64,000 nucleotides of DNA, taken from Opitutales bacterium. Lineage in GTDB: Bacteria > Verrucomicrobiota > Verrucomicrobiia > Opitutales > UBA2987. The translations under genes were made by a program, and so were the position numbers. The number at the start of each line of letters is the position of its first letter. Positions within the stretch are counted from its first letter, which is position 1. Shown here one piece after another: positions 19,695 through 30,948 of this stretch. The notes under the pieces were generated by a model. That model saw only the letters and a list, made by a program, of their open reading frames with translations. It was not told the origin of the DNA and did not search any database. The stretch spans positions 416,001 to 480,000 of the forward strand of contig CBDDEL010000017.1 in NCBI GenBank assembly GCA_965226885.1, written 5' to 3'.

Positions 19695-19710
19695 GTAACT
19701 AAAGGGTTAC
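19695..19710. promoter_or_regulatory. Palindromic operator GTAACTAAAGGGTTAC (site 4)
   Basis: Upstream of SDR; overlaps the spacer and -10 of TTTACA-N17-TACCTT on plus strand; TTTACA also on minus strand near 19720-19725. Confidence 0.8.
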
Positions 19711-19793
19711 CTTGCGGTTTGTAAAGCAGATAAACTGAATTTCTACACTATGAATGAGCGACAACGTTTTCACGCCACCATGCAGTCCGGAGG

Positions 19794-21298
19794 TCAATTA
19801 TGCTGGAGAGGGGTGTTGCTTTCACCACCTTGGGGCGGGGTGGGCCATTGGAGGCCGCGTTGACCGCATAATCCCCGGTTGGGCTGCGGCTCATAAGGTT
19901 TGTCCGGCAGTCCCATTAATTTTCCATCCCGAACCCATTCTTTATCCGCTCCGTAGAATTCATTTATGAGCAGGGTGGTCAGCTTTTTAAGAATTTGGCT
20001 GTTTTCGGGGGATTGAGCCAGGTCAGTGGATTCATCGGGGTCCTTCTCCAGATCGAAAAGCTGCAAGTGGTTGCCGACGGGGTAATAAATAAGTTTATAA
20101 CGCCCATCGTGGATCATGCGCGTGGCTGTGTCGTCCTCGCCGTATTCTCCGTAGAAAAAATCCCTTTTTCGCTCTCCCGCCATGGAGAGGCCCTCGACCG
20201 AATCGGGGATCGGTATACCGGCCAGGTCCAGCAGGGTGGGCATGACATCCCGCAGCCCAACCAGGCGGCCGTCAACCCGGTGATGCCCGATGCGCTCATC
20301 TCCTGCCGTACCCACGAGAATCATCGGTATGTGGGCGGATTCTTCATAAAACAGCCGCATGGCAAATCGCCGGTGTTTGCCCAACATTTCTCCGTGATCG
20401 GAGGTGAACAGGATAATGGTGTTGTCCAGCAGTCGTTCCTCGCGCAGGGTCCCGATGACTACCCGTATTTGGTGGTCGATGTGGGTGCAGAGTGCATAAA
20501 ATGCCCGCCGGGCCATGCGCACTTCTTGTTCGGAATATTGTTCCCACTCCAGCTCCCGCTGTCTCAGCGCATAGGGCAATGCGTCCCCATCTTCCGCCCA
20601 TGAGCCCACCTTGGGCAAGCCGGGATCGATATCCCGATAGAGGTCCAGGTAGCATTGGGGCGGTGTCAAGGGTAGATGGGGATGGGTGTAGCCGAGGTAC
20701 CAAAAACCCGGTTTCCGTGGGTCCCGACGCTGGATCATGCGGGCCATCTGCCGGGTCGTCCAGGTTGTGGGATGGCAATGTTCGGGCAGATGCCAGGGGC
20801 GGCATTGGTAGTCGTTGTTGCTCAAACCATGTGCGAATTGCTGCCCTGCGTAGCCGTTTTCTCCCAGAAAAATTTCGTAATCGTCGGTCGTGCCAAATTG
20901 CAGCCGGCCTTCTTCGTTGAGAATAGCGTCGTCGAATCCGATGCGGTCCCGCTGGGGGTAAACGTGCAGTTTGCCAGCCGCAAAGGCCTGATAACCGGCC
21001 TCTTTAAATACCTGCGCCAAAGTGGGAAAGGCGGGCATCTCTAGGGATTCGTTGAAGCCGCGGTCACCGTGGGTGCGTGTGGTCGTTCCGGTCATGAGGC
21101 TCCGACGGGCTGGTATGCAGACCGGTTATTCGGAGTAAGCCCGTAAATAACGAGTCCCATTGCGTGCCAATTGATTTAGGGTCGGTGTCAGTATGCTCGG
21201 ATGCCCCGCGACGCCCAATCGGGAAGCGGCCCAGCGGTCTGTCGTAATAAGCAGAGCATTAGAACATTCGGTTTTTGTTTATGTTTTTGTCTTTTCAT
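19794..21298 (-). pseudogene. Cys-type sulfatase pseudogene
   Basis: 8-bp near-duplication (21253-21268) frameshifts PNVLLITTD; in-frame TAA at 21126-21128 just before catalytic CIPAR; remainder open (GKLH, SDHG). Confidence 0.85.
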
Positions 21299-21640
21299 GG
21301 TTGTAGAGGAAAACTAGGCGCTGAATTCCCGACTGAGAGATTTGTGCATTCCAAGGGTGAAAATAGAAAAAAGGTTCTCCCTTACGAGGCGGGCGAAGGC
21401 GCCATCCAGGAGGCTATTGAGGTCGGCCTTCCAAATATCGGAACGGCTGAGGACGACCCCGGTCAACCGGCCCAGGCTCTCTTTTGATCTAAGGTCCGTT
21501 TTCTCGTAGGCACGATAAAAAAAGTCCGCATGGAGGTGGTCGTTGACCGGGTAGCGGCCGCTGTCATTTCGAGGTTGGTCTTTGCGACCGCAAGCATGTC
21601 CGTCCGCATCCATTTCCACGACTTTCATGAATACTATATA

Positions 21641-23471
21641 GAGGCTGTCCCAAAAATATAAAGATTTTATAGTCAACTGGATGACGTTGATAAAAAGAGC
21701 CGGAAAGAGCAAGTTTTTGCTCGATTCGGCCAAAAAAGGGTTCTATAATTGAGTTAGCGAAAATCAATATAGCCCTTTCTATGAAAAATATAGCCATCCA
21801 ATGCCTCCTGCGTCCAGCTTTAACTGTGGTCGACCGGTGCCTCGATTACGATAACTTCCGCGCCACCATTGATCGAATCGATCGGCTGCTGATCGACTCG
21901 GAGGTGGAATCGCAGGCCATTGAGCTGGCCTTGGAGGGGTGGCCGCCAATGGGTCTAAAGGCCCGGCGGCAGCGGGCCAGTTTTGCCATCAAGGCACTGC
22001 GCATGGATACGCTGGGCCGTCTGCTCGGAGGGATTTCGTTTCGGCATTTGTCGCGGGCTCTGGGCAGCAGCGATCTGTTGGCCGACTTTTGCCGTGTCCG
22101 GCAGATCGATGGCATCAGGGGCATCTCCAAAAGCACCCTGGAGCGGGCCTCGAAGTTTTTCAGCGAAGAGCAGTTGAGGGCCTTGCACCGGACCTTGACT
22201 GAGGTGGTGGGCGATGCCCTTCTGGCCCGGCAGGTGGGATTGGACAAGCCGATTGACACCACCATTTGCCTGATCGACGGCACCTGTTTGGAGGCTAACA
22301 TTCATTGGCCGACGGACTGGGTATTACTCAAGGATGTAGCCGGCACGTTGCTCAAAGCGATCCGGCTGATCCGCGAGAAGGCCGGTTTGCGCCATCGCAT
22401 GCCGATCGAACCGGAGCCCTTGGCTCGGCAGATGAATCGGCTGTGCATACAGATGACCCACAGCCGGCGGCGAAAGGACAGCGCGCGGCAGCGCAAGGGT
22501 ATCTTGAGGCAGATGAAAAAGCTGCTCAAACGGATCGGGGAGCATGCCCGCAGTCACCGGGAATCAGTCACCGGGAATTATTGCAAGCCTGCTGGGAGCA
22601 AAGCGATTACAGCGAAAAACAGGTCCAACAGATCCTCGCCCGGATGGAGCGCATGAGCGAGCAAATCCCGGTGGTCATCAAACAGGCGCACGAGCGGATC
22701 ATTGGCGGCCGCCAGGTGAAAAACGCAGAGAAAGTCTTGAGTGTTTACGAACTCGATGGGCAGGTGATTGTGCGAGGTAAAGCGGGCCAAGAGGTCGAGT
22801 TCGGCAACACCCTGTTTTTGGGAGAAAGCGTTGAAGGGTACCTGCTGGACTGGAAACTCTACGGCAGCCGAACTCCAAGCGAAAATGAACAAATGCAAGA
22901 GAGTTTGCAAAGACAGAACCGCTTCAACCTGGAAGAACCCATAGCGGCCATGTGCGCGGACCGGGGATTTGCCTCCCAGCGGGCCCGCCGGCAGTTAGCC
23001 CAGGAGGGAATCTACGACGCGCTCTGTCCACGCGATCCGAAGCAGTTGAAAAAACGGATGGAGGAACCACTGTTCAGACAATTGCAAAAGCGCCGGGCCA
23101 GCACCGAAGGGCGGATCGGGGTATTGAAGAATCGCTGGCAGGCCGGGCGGTTGCGCAGCAAAGGCTTTGCCAACCGCTCGATCAGCGTAGCCTGGTCGGT
23201 ACTCTCGCACAACCTATGGAAAGTAGCCAAGATGCTGGCCCAGCAAGACGAACTAAAAACCAAAGCGGCGGCCTAGAGAGCGGAAAAGCAAGGACAATAC
23301 TTTTTCACAGCCGTACTGTCGGCTCATACAAAGAAAACCAGGCAACCGGACCCCAAAACCAGTATCCTAACGTCATAGGAGAGCAAAGTTGATACTCTCC
23401 CAAATGCAAATACCTCTAAAATGAGCGCCTATCAAAAGCCCTCGCAAAAATCACCCTTTTGGGACAGCCTC
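21641..23471 (+). mobile_element. IS5/ISNCY-like insertion sequence (1831 bp)
   Basis: 15-bp perfect IRs GAGGCTGTCCCAAAA; TATATA duplicated at 21635-21640 and 23472-23477. Confidence 0.9.
21781..23276 (+). pseudogene. DDE transposase frameshifted by a 14-bp tandem duplication
   Basis: DGT..ANIHWPTD, RGK...EFG, ADRGF, RASTEGRIG; CAGTCACCGGGAAT x2 at 22551-22578 splits the ORF. Confidence 0.85.
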
Positions 23472-24735
23472 TATATATGCGGCCAGGGCAAAGGCCAGGC
23501 CCTTTGGAGGGATGGGGTTCTGGCGGCAAAAGTCAATGATTGAGGGAATGATCCTCTCGGCCATTTTGGAGGTGTAGTTGAGCGAGAGGGTAAGCAGCTT
23601 GTGCTCAATAAAAGGATTGCGGAATCTCTCCAGGACGGCGTCGGTATAATCGGCCGCTTGCCGGTAGGGTATATCCATGCTTGGACAGGCTTCTTCATAG
23701 AGCATTCTGCGCAGATAGGAGAGGATGAGGGGGTCTTTCATGCTCTCGCCCACCGTGTCATTGCCGACCAGAAAAGAGGGGGCGATCATGGCGCTGTGGG
23801 CCCCGCAGAGGAGACGCATTTTCATTTGGTGCTCGTATTCCAGATCGTCAACGTATCGCATCTGAAAACCTGGAATGTCCTCGGCCGGAAATTTTGCCCG
23901 GACGGTGCGCGCCGGATCCTCTATGACCCATAATTTAAACGGTTCACCGATGGAAAGGGCGTTGTCTGTATAACCCAGTTCCCGGTGAAGCTTGGCGCAT
24001 TCCACGGCGTTGGGTTTTCCCGATATGATCGAATCCACTATAGAGTTGGCAATGATGACATGCCGTTGAAGCCAGTTCTGAAAATCCTCTTCCAGTTTAA
24101 AACGGCGGATCAGTTCCTGGATGCAGTCGCGCAGGAGATCGCCGCTGCGGTAGTTTAATTCCGTCGGTACGATGATGAGACCGGATTCCGCGGTTGAGCC
24201 CAGGCAGCGGTACCTATTATATAGAAAGAGGGTCAGTTTGGCGGGAAAGGAATGTGGCGGGGTGGCATCGGGAGCATCGGCCGGGTCGATTCGGATGCCG
24301 GCTTCGGTCGTTTGCGAAAAAACCAGTTCGAGGGTCGGGGAGGACGCCGCGGTGAGAATATCTTGCCAGTAGGTTGTGGATTTAAATGGAATGATTCTAC
24401 TCATCGAGGAGACGATGTATTTTTCCTCGATCCTGCCGCCGTTTCGCAACCCTCTCAAAATACTTGTGTAAAGACAATCCTGCCGGGCCAGGCCAAGGGA
24501 CAAGTCCTCCTGGGTGAGAAGGCCGGGGTCGACCGGCTGGACGGCGATGCCCCGGCCCGCGAAACGTCCGTTGAGGTTCATCCGGTCGATGATCCAGTAT
24601 AAGAAAGAGCGCAGGAAATTCCCCTCCCCGAAAGTGAGGAATTTCTCCTCGTGCGAGAATGCCTCGGGTGATGGAAGGATGATTCCCCTGGATTCCATCG
24701 CTTTTTGGAAATCATCCCGCTCCATCCGAGTTCTA

Positions 24736-24773
24736 GTCAGTTCGGGGAGATAGTGTCAGTTCGGGGAGATAGT
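24736..24773 (+). repeat. Perfect 19-bp tandem duplication GTCAGTTCGGGGAGATAGT x2
   Basis: Directly visible just upstream of the uxaB-like start. Confidence 0.9.
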
Positions 24774-24892
24774 GTTTCAATGTAATTTCATCAGAAAACT
24801 CTGCCTTGTGGAGATATCAGTCCTAAGCCAAATGGGTTTATTTCACGATTTCAAAAAAAATTTTACCTTTTTTTTTAAAATCCTTGACAGGG

Positions 24893-24935
24893 GTAACCAG
24901 TTGGTTACTTTGGCTGAAGATAACTATCCAGTTAC
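24893..24935. promoter_or_regulatory. Tandem operators GTAACCAGTTGGTTAC (24893-24908) and ATAACTATCCAGTTAC (24920-24935)
   Basis: Enclosed by TTGACA at 24884-24889 (+) and 24949-24944 (-) in the uxaB/TBDR divergent region. Confidence 0.8.
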
Positions 24936-25121
24936 GTTACCTATGTCAAGAGATAAGAATTACCGCTAACTTGAAACCGGAAAATATTCATTTACCTCAT
25001 GCGTGAAAAATTCCTTAACCAGCTGATTTCCAACATAACAGCCTGTGTTCGTCTCTTCCTGTTTAACCAATAGGCACGCTATACTATATTAATCAACAAA
25101 CAACTCAGATTCGATCCTATC

Positions 25122-27386
25122 ATGAAAAATCAAATACTGCGCAAACTCCAATTATTAATCACATTCACTCTCCTGGGGGCAATTCCACTGCTCGCCCAGG
25201 GCCAATCAATCGAGGAAGACGAAGATATCCTGACTCTCTCCGAATTCGAAGTCACCGCGGACTCCGTTCAAGGCTGGGTTGCCTCCAGCGGCACCGTGGC
25301 CACCGCTGCTGCATCCAAACTGATCGACATTCCGCAGGCGGTCACCATCATCACCCGCGAGTTTCTGGAGGACAATGGTTCCATTGAAGAGCTTGACGTC
25401 ATTCAAATGGCTACGCCCGGAGTACTTATCAGGAACAGTGCAAATCTGGACGTGGACATCAGAGGCTTCCGGTCATTGGCGAGCGGAGTCGACGGAGTGG
25501 TTTCACGGGTGGTTTACAACTATCCATCGATTTTGTTTGAACGAATGGAGGTCGTGAAAGGCCCGGCATCTATGCTTTACGGCTCGTTTGCCACAGCGGG
25601 AGGCTTCATCAATCGCGTAAGCAAGAATCCCCAGCGCGAATTCGGCGGATTCATAAGAGGGACCATAGGCACGTCCGATCTTTACGAAATCGGCGTTGAC
25701 GTGACCGGCCCCATCGACTGGGAGGGCTTCGATGGCAATGTTCAATACCGTATCATCGCCGATATCGTGGAACGGGATAATGTAGCCGGCTATGATGACA
25801 CCTATGATAAACACCATGTAATTTCGGTTGAGTTCGGCTTCGATCTGGGAAAGACCAGCCGGCTACTCATTGGCTATTGGCATAATGACCGCGACGTTGC
25901 GGGGGGGGATCGGGGCATTATCGATCCTTCCACGGCACCGGACGATTCGAACGCCAGCAGGGCCAACCCGGTCAGTTCCGGAGTGCCGCTCCGTGGTTTC
26001 GTTTCCGGTCAGGCTTGGACAGAGTTCACTGATTTTCCCGCGGTCATGCAAACACAGGCCGATATTCTGGATATCAATTACACTTCCAATCCTTTTGCCG
26101 GGTTCTCCTTCAGGACGCATTTTGTATGGGAACACCGCCAACAGTCCGGCAACCTTTTCGGCGGAACCGGCAACAATCTTGCCGATGTTTACGGTGCTTC
26201 ATTATCGGCAAATGACGATGATCAAGAGATACTGAACGGGCTTATTGACTTATCGTGGACTGTTAAGAAAGGTGAAAACTTTGAAAACCGTTTTACCATG
26301 GGGGCCGAGATCAGCTATATTAACGGTACATTTACCCGCGCGGTAGGGGGTGGAGCGACCGTGGTGCCGATGGTGCCCATAACTGTCGCTAACCTCCAGC
26401 CTTATCTGGACCAGCCCTTGCCTGATGTCTTCTGGTCGGATACCGGTGAGAGCGATGAGATCGTAGGTGGGTTTTACGCTCAAAACCGGTTGGGTTTCTG
26501 GCAAAATAAACTGCAATTCAACTTTGGCATCCGTTACAACTATATCGGCGGTGCACGGTTGTTTATCCGAACTCCGACGGGGGTGAAAGGCGATTTTCTG
26601 ACAGACCCTGATACAGGTGAACAAATTGGGAATTTCGATTTCGACGCGAATCAGCGGCATTTTGCCAAGGCGACTTATGTCAGCACTCCTTATGGGTTCG
26701 TGGTCAAGCCGATTGAGCAGCTCAGTTTCTTTTACGGATTCAGCGATTCGTTCCGCTCGAACGGGAGCAACACCCTCACCTTTAGCGGCGAAAGGCCGGG
26801 GCCGTCCATCAGTGAAGGGACCGAATACGGCGTCAAGTTTGACTTTTTAAAGGGGTTGTCGGGAACCATCAGTTTCTTTGATATTAATGTGACCAACCGC
26901 ATTACCGGTGATCCCGACCATGTTTGTTGTAAAATCATCCTGGATCCCATTAATAACGAGGGCTGGGAAATGTATCTCTCTTATGCCATGAAAGATTTAA
27001 CCGTCATGGGCGGCTATTATTCTGGTGATATCAAGGACATAGCAACCGGTTTCCAGGTTGATCGTACTGCCAATAAAACTTTCAACCTGGCTGCCCGTTA
27101 CCAGGCGTCCAAAGGCAGTCTTAAGGGATTGTATTTTGGCGGCAATTATAGCTGGATAAGCGAGATGCTTGCCAGAGGCGGAACCAGGATACTCCCCGAC
27201 TACGAGTTGATGGATGTATTTTTGGGCTATCGTTGGGGTGACTGGAAGTTCCAGGTCAATGGAAAGAACATCTTTGATGAAAATTATAACCGGCGTTATG
27301 TTCGTCCCAGCCTGACGCTGGTGTCTCCGGGAGAAACCTGGCAGTTTTCCGTAACCCGCTATTTCGGCGCTCGTAGCGTTAAATAA
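25122..27386 (+). CDS. TonB-dependent receptor
   Basis: Signal peptide, LSEFEVTAD, DIPQAVTII, ERMEVVKGPASMLYG plug motif, NIFDENY barrel end. Confidence 0.92.
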   Translation: MKNQILRKLQLLITFTLLGAIPLLAQGQSIEEDEDILTLSEFEVTADSVQGWVASSGTVATAAASKLIDIPQAVTIITREFLEDNGSIEELDVIQMATPGVLIRNSANLDVDIRGFRSLASGVDGVVSRVVYNYPSILFERMEVVKGPASMLYGSFATAGGFINRVSKNPQREFGGFIRGTIGTSDLYEIGVDVTGPIDWEGFDGNVQYRIIADIVERDNVAGYDDTYDKHHVISVEFGFDLGKTSRLLIGYWHNDRDVAGGDRGIIDPSTAPDDSNASRANPVSSGVPLRGFVSGQAWTEFTDFPAVMQTQADILDINYTSNPFAGFSFRTHFVWEHRQQSGNLFGGTGNNLADVYGASLSANDDDQEILNGLIDLSWTVKKGENFENRFTMGAEISYINGTFTRAVGGGATVVPMVPITVANLQPYLDQPLPDVFWSDTGESDEIVGGFYAQNRLGFWQNKLQFNFGIRYNYIGGARLFIRTPTGVKGDFLTDPDTGEQIGNFDFDANQRHFAKATYVSTPYGFVVKPIEQLSFFYGFSDSFRSNGSNTLTFSGERPGPSISEGTEYGVKFDFLKGLSGTISFFDINVTNRITGDPDHVCCKIILDPINNEGWEMYLSYAMKDLTVMGGYYSGDIKDIATGFQVDRTANKTFNLAARYQASKGSLKGLYFGGNYSWISEMLARGGTRILPDYELMDVFLGYRWGDWKFQVNGKNIFDENYNRRYVRPSLTLVSPGETWQFSVTRYFGARSVK

Positions 27387-27458
27387 TTTCTCGAACCCAA
27401 TTTTAAATCGAGTTTGTATATTATTGAAATAGCAGACCATTAAAACCTTTAGGAAACG

Positions 27459-27492
27459 AAAAGGCGAAAGGAGATTCTCCTTTCGCCTTTTT
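27459..27492. terminator. 15-bp stem hairpin (intrinsic terminator or mRNA stabiliser)
   Basis: AAAAGGCGAAAGGAG-ATT-CTCCTTTCGCCTTTT. Confidence 0.8.
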
Positions 27493-27527
27493 GCGTGATA
27501 AATATATAACATCCAAAAAAAAAGATT

Positions 27528-30500
27528 ATGGAATTTCCACAATTACAGCCCCGGGCCCTAAATCGAGAAACCGTGCTTTCCGGCGCCTCTAAAATCGTGG
27601 TGGCAGCCCCGTCCGAGGAAAGCGGGATAGCCGAGGCGCGGAAATTGGCCGATGCGCTGCGATCCGTCGTCGATAACGTCGAACTTCTCATCGATCCCGA
27701 TGCCAAAACCATTACGGCGGCCAGCGGCCCCGTTTTCCTCATCGGCAATCTGGCCAACAGCCTGTGCGTGAAGCAGCTATACTGGCTCTTTTTATGCCTT
27801 AGCGACCGCTGGTATCCAGGCCCCGGAGGTTACGAGGTAAGGACGCTGCTCGATCCGTTGGGGACCGGCCACAACATCATCCATGCGGGCTATTCCGATG
27901 ACGCAGGACTGGCCTCCGCAATGTCCATTCTTCTGGCCAAAATAGGAAGTCCCCTGCCCTTTCTGAGCGAGGTGCAGGCCACGCGTTTTCCCTTGCCGCC
28001 GAACGAGGTCGAACGGATACACAAAGAACCGATGCCGTTGATTGACAGCGATATGGCGAAATCCGAAACCGCCGTAGGCAAGCTCTATCTGGGTTATCTT
28101 TCGGGGGACCGGGAGCTGCTTCGGGAATCGGCCAAATTCTGGGAGGCGCTGGCGCGTTACGGCGTTCCCCCCGGCGACCACAAAATCAAGGATATGCACC
28201 TGCGCACGCCGTGCATCGTCTCGCTCTATCGATTGCTTGAGCAGGCCGGCATGGTGGAGGAAAGATTGCGGCTCCCTGCGCTGCAACTCATCTGGGAATT
28301 GGCGCAGAGCGATCAAGGCATTTGCCTCCTTGAGGGACCGACATATCAGAACGAAGGCTATCCGCGCCAGAACCACGGCCTCAATCCCGCTTTTGGCTAT
28401 ATCATGGCGGCGGACTATTTCAACCGGCATCATCCCGAGCTGAAAGAACCCCACCGCTGGAAGGAAATAGCGGATGGTGTCTTCTCTCCCTATAACGACG
28501 GAAGCTGGAAACCCATGTGCGACGGCATCACCCACGGCTGGTGGCTTTCACAGCCGGTCATGCTCGATTATGCGCTCTTCGAGCCCGAACATCGTTATCT
28601 GGAAAGCGGCGGAGCGCGCCGGGCGGCCGATTGCGTCCTAGCCGTCACTACCAATGAAGGCTGGCTTCCCAGTTCGGGGGACAGCAATATATTGCGGGCT
28701 TTCGCCGGTCCCAGCCTGCGGGTGGCGGCAGCCTGGTATGGCGATGGTCGTTATCTTTTTGCCCATGAATTGGCACCCCTCTACCGGCGGCATCATTTGC
28801 AGGCTTTTCTCGTGCGCACGTTCTGCACGGATGTGGAGCCGGTCCGGCCGGACGACTGCACCGGCCTCACCATCGTTCCCATGGACCCCCTCGTTTACAA
28901 CGTCTGGGAAACGAACCCCAAACTGATCAAAGAGCAAGGGCGCTCCGACAAACCGCCCCACGCGCCGATTGAGAAATGTTTCGATAAACTCTCATTTCGC
29001 ACTGGCTGGGACCCCGACGACGAGTTTCTGCTCATCGATGGTTTGGGGCATTTTTCGCATTCCTATGCCGATGCCATGGAACTCATTCTATACGCCCGTT
29101 ACGGATTGAGTTTCATCGTTTCGGAACACGGAATACAATACCCAGAACCGGAAAATCATTCCATGGTAACCATCACCCGAGACGGGGAGATGGGCGACAT
29201 CCCCGGCTGGGCCGAAATCCTAAAGGCCGAATACGATGCCGAGGGCAATGGCTACGTCAGCCTGAGGCTGGAGGATTTCGCCGGAGCGGACTGGGTACGG
29301 GAGGTACATTTTCGGCCCGGCGTGGGCGTGGTTATAAACGACACAATCACGGCTACCAAACCGGGCCAATACTCCATCAAGACCCATTTGCGGGTTCCCG
29401 GCCACGCCTCGTTGGAGGATAACACGTTGGTCAGCCATCGCCAATCTCCCACTGCCGGAGCGGTCGAATTCCGGTTGTCGGGCCTGTCTTCGGAGGGTAC
29501 CGCATTCCGGGTCGATGAACAGGACTTGAGCCTGTGGCATCGGACTAGACCGGGATTATCGGAAATTCCACCCGAGAGCTGTAGTGTCACGGCCTGGCGA
29601 CGGCGTTATCATATTGAGGAGACGTGCCTTTCGATTTTTTCAGGACGCATCGCATTGGCCCTGGAACCGGGGGAGTCCGTTTCTTTTACCCAATTCGCCC
29701 AGGCGCTCGGGAAAAATGATGCCCAATATGAGATTGTTCCCGAAGAAGGCGCCGTCACACTTAGCGGGAACGGCCAGTCCTGGAAATTGCCTCTTTCCGG
29801 TCGCGGCGAAAGGAAGAAGTCTAGCGATTCCGCGCCCGCCGGGGGGGGTGTGCATCTGGAGACAACAGAGGTCGTCAGTTTTGACGCAGCTATCAATAGC
29901 ATGGCTCCGGCCGTAGAAGGGCGGCTGGTCTGCGGTTTGCAAAATGGAGTCGTCGCCCTGCTCGACGGATCGGGACGGATCGATTGGGAAAAACAGGTGG
30001 AAGCACCCGTGCACGATGTTGCCGCCCTCGCCGTGGAGGGCCAACAGATGTATTTTGTCGGTCATGGAAAAACCGGGCTGACTGCCCTCAATGAACGTGG
30101 AGAGACAGTGTGGGCTCGCCAAATCGAACGTGACCCGACCTCCTGCGCTTGGTGGGAGTTGAATTATGCCTCCGCAATTCAGGTTAAAGCATTTAATGCG
30201 GGTGGCTCGGCGATGATTGCGGTTGGTTGCGGGGATTTGCAGGTCAGGGGCTTCAATACAGAGGGCGAAAACCTCTGGGGTTTTCTTTATGAGAACGGTG
30301 TGCCGGCCCGCATACGGACTCATGATGTTGATGGCGACGGCCTCCCGGAGATCGTCGTTGGGGGCGAGATTATCAGCAATCAGGCGACTTGCCGCATACT
30401 GACGCACGAGGGCCGGCTGAAATATGAACTGCCCATCGAAGGTTGGACCAGCAAATTGACTTCTGTGGCTTATGCGAAGGTAAAGGGACGTTCCCTTCTG

Positions 30501-30920
30501 GCCTGCGGGGCGAGCCGTGGGCGGAACCTGCATCTATATGATCTTACCGTAGATTCCGATGAACGAATCCCCCACCACTTGTTGGAAAAGAAATTGGGCG
30601 GCGCGGTCACGGGAGTCGGTCTGTTTCCCGATGAAGAGATGGTAGTGGCCGGTACTTCCCAAGGATTCATTACGGCTTTCAATTTCGATGGAGGCACCCG
30701 ATGGATTAAGTTGCTGGACAATGGGGTGACGCTCTTGACGGTTCTGGGGGAACATATCGTCGCCTTTGAAAATGATGGCCGCTATTGGGTGTTTTCCAAA
30801 AAGGGAGAGAGTCTGTCTGGCGGAAAAACAGGTTCACCCGTGGGGCCCTGGCTCGTCGATAATGATTCAGGCGCAATCATGCTGGCTTCGGACGGGAGGC
30901 TTTTGCGCCTGTCTACCTGA
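27528..30920 (+). CDS. 1130-aa protein: heparinase II/III-like (polysaccharide lyase-type) region plus C-terminal beta-propeller
   Basis: RQNH, FRTGW, SHSYAD and NHSMVTI resemble PL12/15/17/21-type motifs; DVDGDGLPEIVVG and PQQ-like repeats; no signal peptide. Confidence 0.55.
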   Translation: MEFPQLQPRALNRETVLSGASKIVVAAPSEESGIAEARKLADALRSVVDNVELLIDPDAKTITAASGPVFLIGNLANSLCVKQLYWLFLCLSDRWYPGPGGYEVRTLLDPLGTGHNIIHAGYSDDAGLASAMSILLAKIGSPLPFLSEVQATRFPLPPNEVERIHKEPMPLIDSDMAKSETAVGKLYLGYLSGDRELLRESAKFWEALARYGVPPGDHKIKDMHLRTPCIVSLYRLLEQAGMVEERLRLPALQLIWELAQSDQGICLLEGPTYQNEGYPRQNHGLNPAFGYIMAADYFNRHHPELKEPHRWKEIADGVFSPYNDGSWKPMCDGITHGWWLSQPVMLDYALFEPEHRYLESGGARRAADCVLAVTTNEGWLPSSGDSNILRAFAGPSLRVAAAWYGDGRYLFAHELAPLYRRHHLQAFLVRTFCTDVEPVRPDDCTGLTIVPMDPLVYNVWETNPKLIKEQGRSDKPPHAPIEKCFDKLSFRTGWDPDDEFLLIDGLGHFSHSYADAMELILYARYGLSFIVSEHGIQYPEPENHSMVTITRDGEMGDIPGWAEILKAEYDAEGNGYVSLRLEDFAGADWVREVHFRPGVGVVINDTITATKPGQYSIKTHLRVPGHASLEDNTLVSHRQSPTAGAVEFRLSGLSSEGTAFRVDEQDLSLWHRTRPGLSEIPPESCSVTAWRRRYHIEETCLSIFSGRIALALEPGESVSFTQFAQALGKNDAQYEIVPEEGAVTLSGNGQSWKLPLSGRGERKKSSDSAPAGGGVHLETTEVVSFDAAINSMAPAVEGRLVCGLQNGVVALLDGSGRIDWEKQVEAPVHDVAALAVEGQQMYFVGHGKTGLTALNERGETVWARQIERDPTSCAWWELNYASAIQVKAFNAGGSAMIAVGCGDLQVRGFNTEGENLWGFLYENGVPARIRTHDVDGDGLPEIVVGGEIISNQATCRILTHEGRLKYELPIEGWTSKLTSVAYAKVKGRSLLACGASRGRNLHLYDLTVDSDERIPHHLLEKKLGGAVTGVGLFPDEEMVVAGTSQGFITAFNFDGGTRWIKLLDNGVTLLTVLGEHIVAFENDGRYWVFSKKGESLSGGKTGSPVGPWLVDNDSGAIMLASDGRLLRLST

Positions 30921-30948
30921 GGGAGACAAAAAGAGGAGACGATGTTGT

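Larger units (their letters stand above)
21314..24725 (-). pseudogene. uxaB: Tagaturonate (altronate) reductase-like gene interrupted by IS
   Basis: FGEGNFLR, TTEAGI, SFPAKLT, PTEL, ERFRNPF motifs; removing the IS rejoins ALAAYI-VFMKV...YPVND in frame. Confidence 0.8.

Noticed and set aside
24960..25121. Riboswitch or ncRNA in the TBDR leader
   Set aside because: No cobalamin, TPP or other consensus recognised by eye; an Rfam scan would be needed to exclude it
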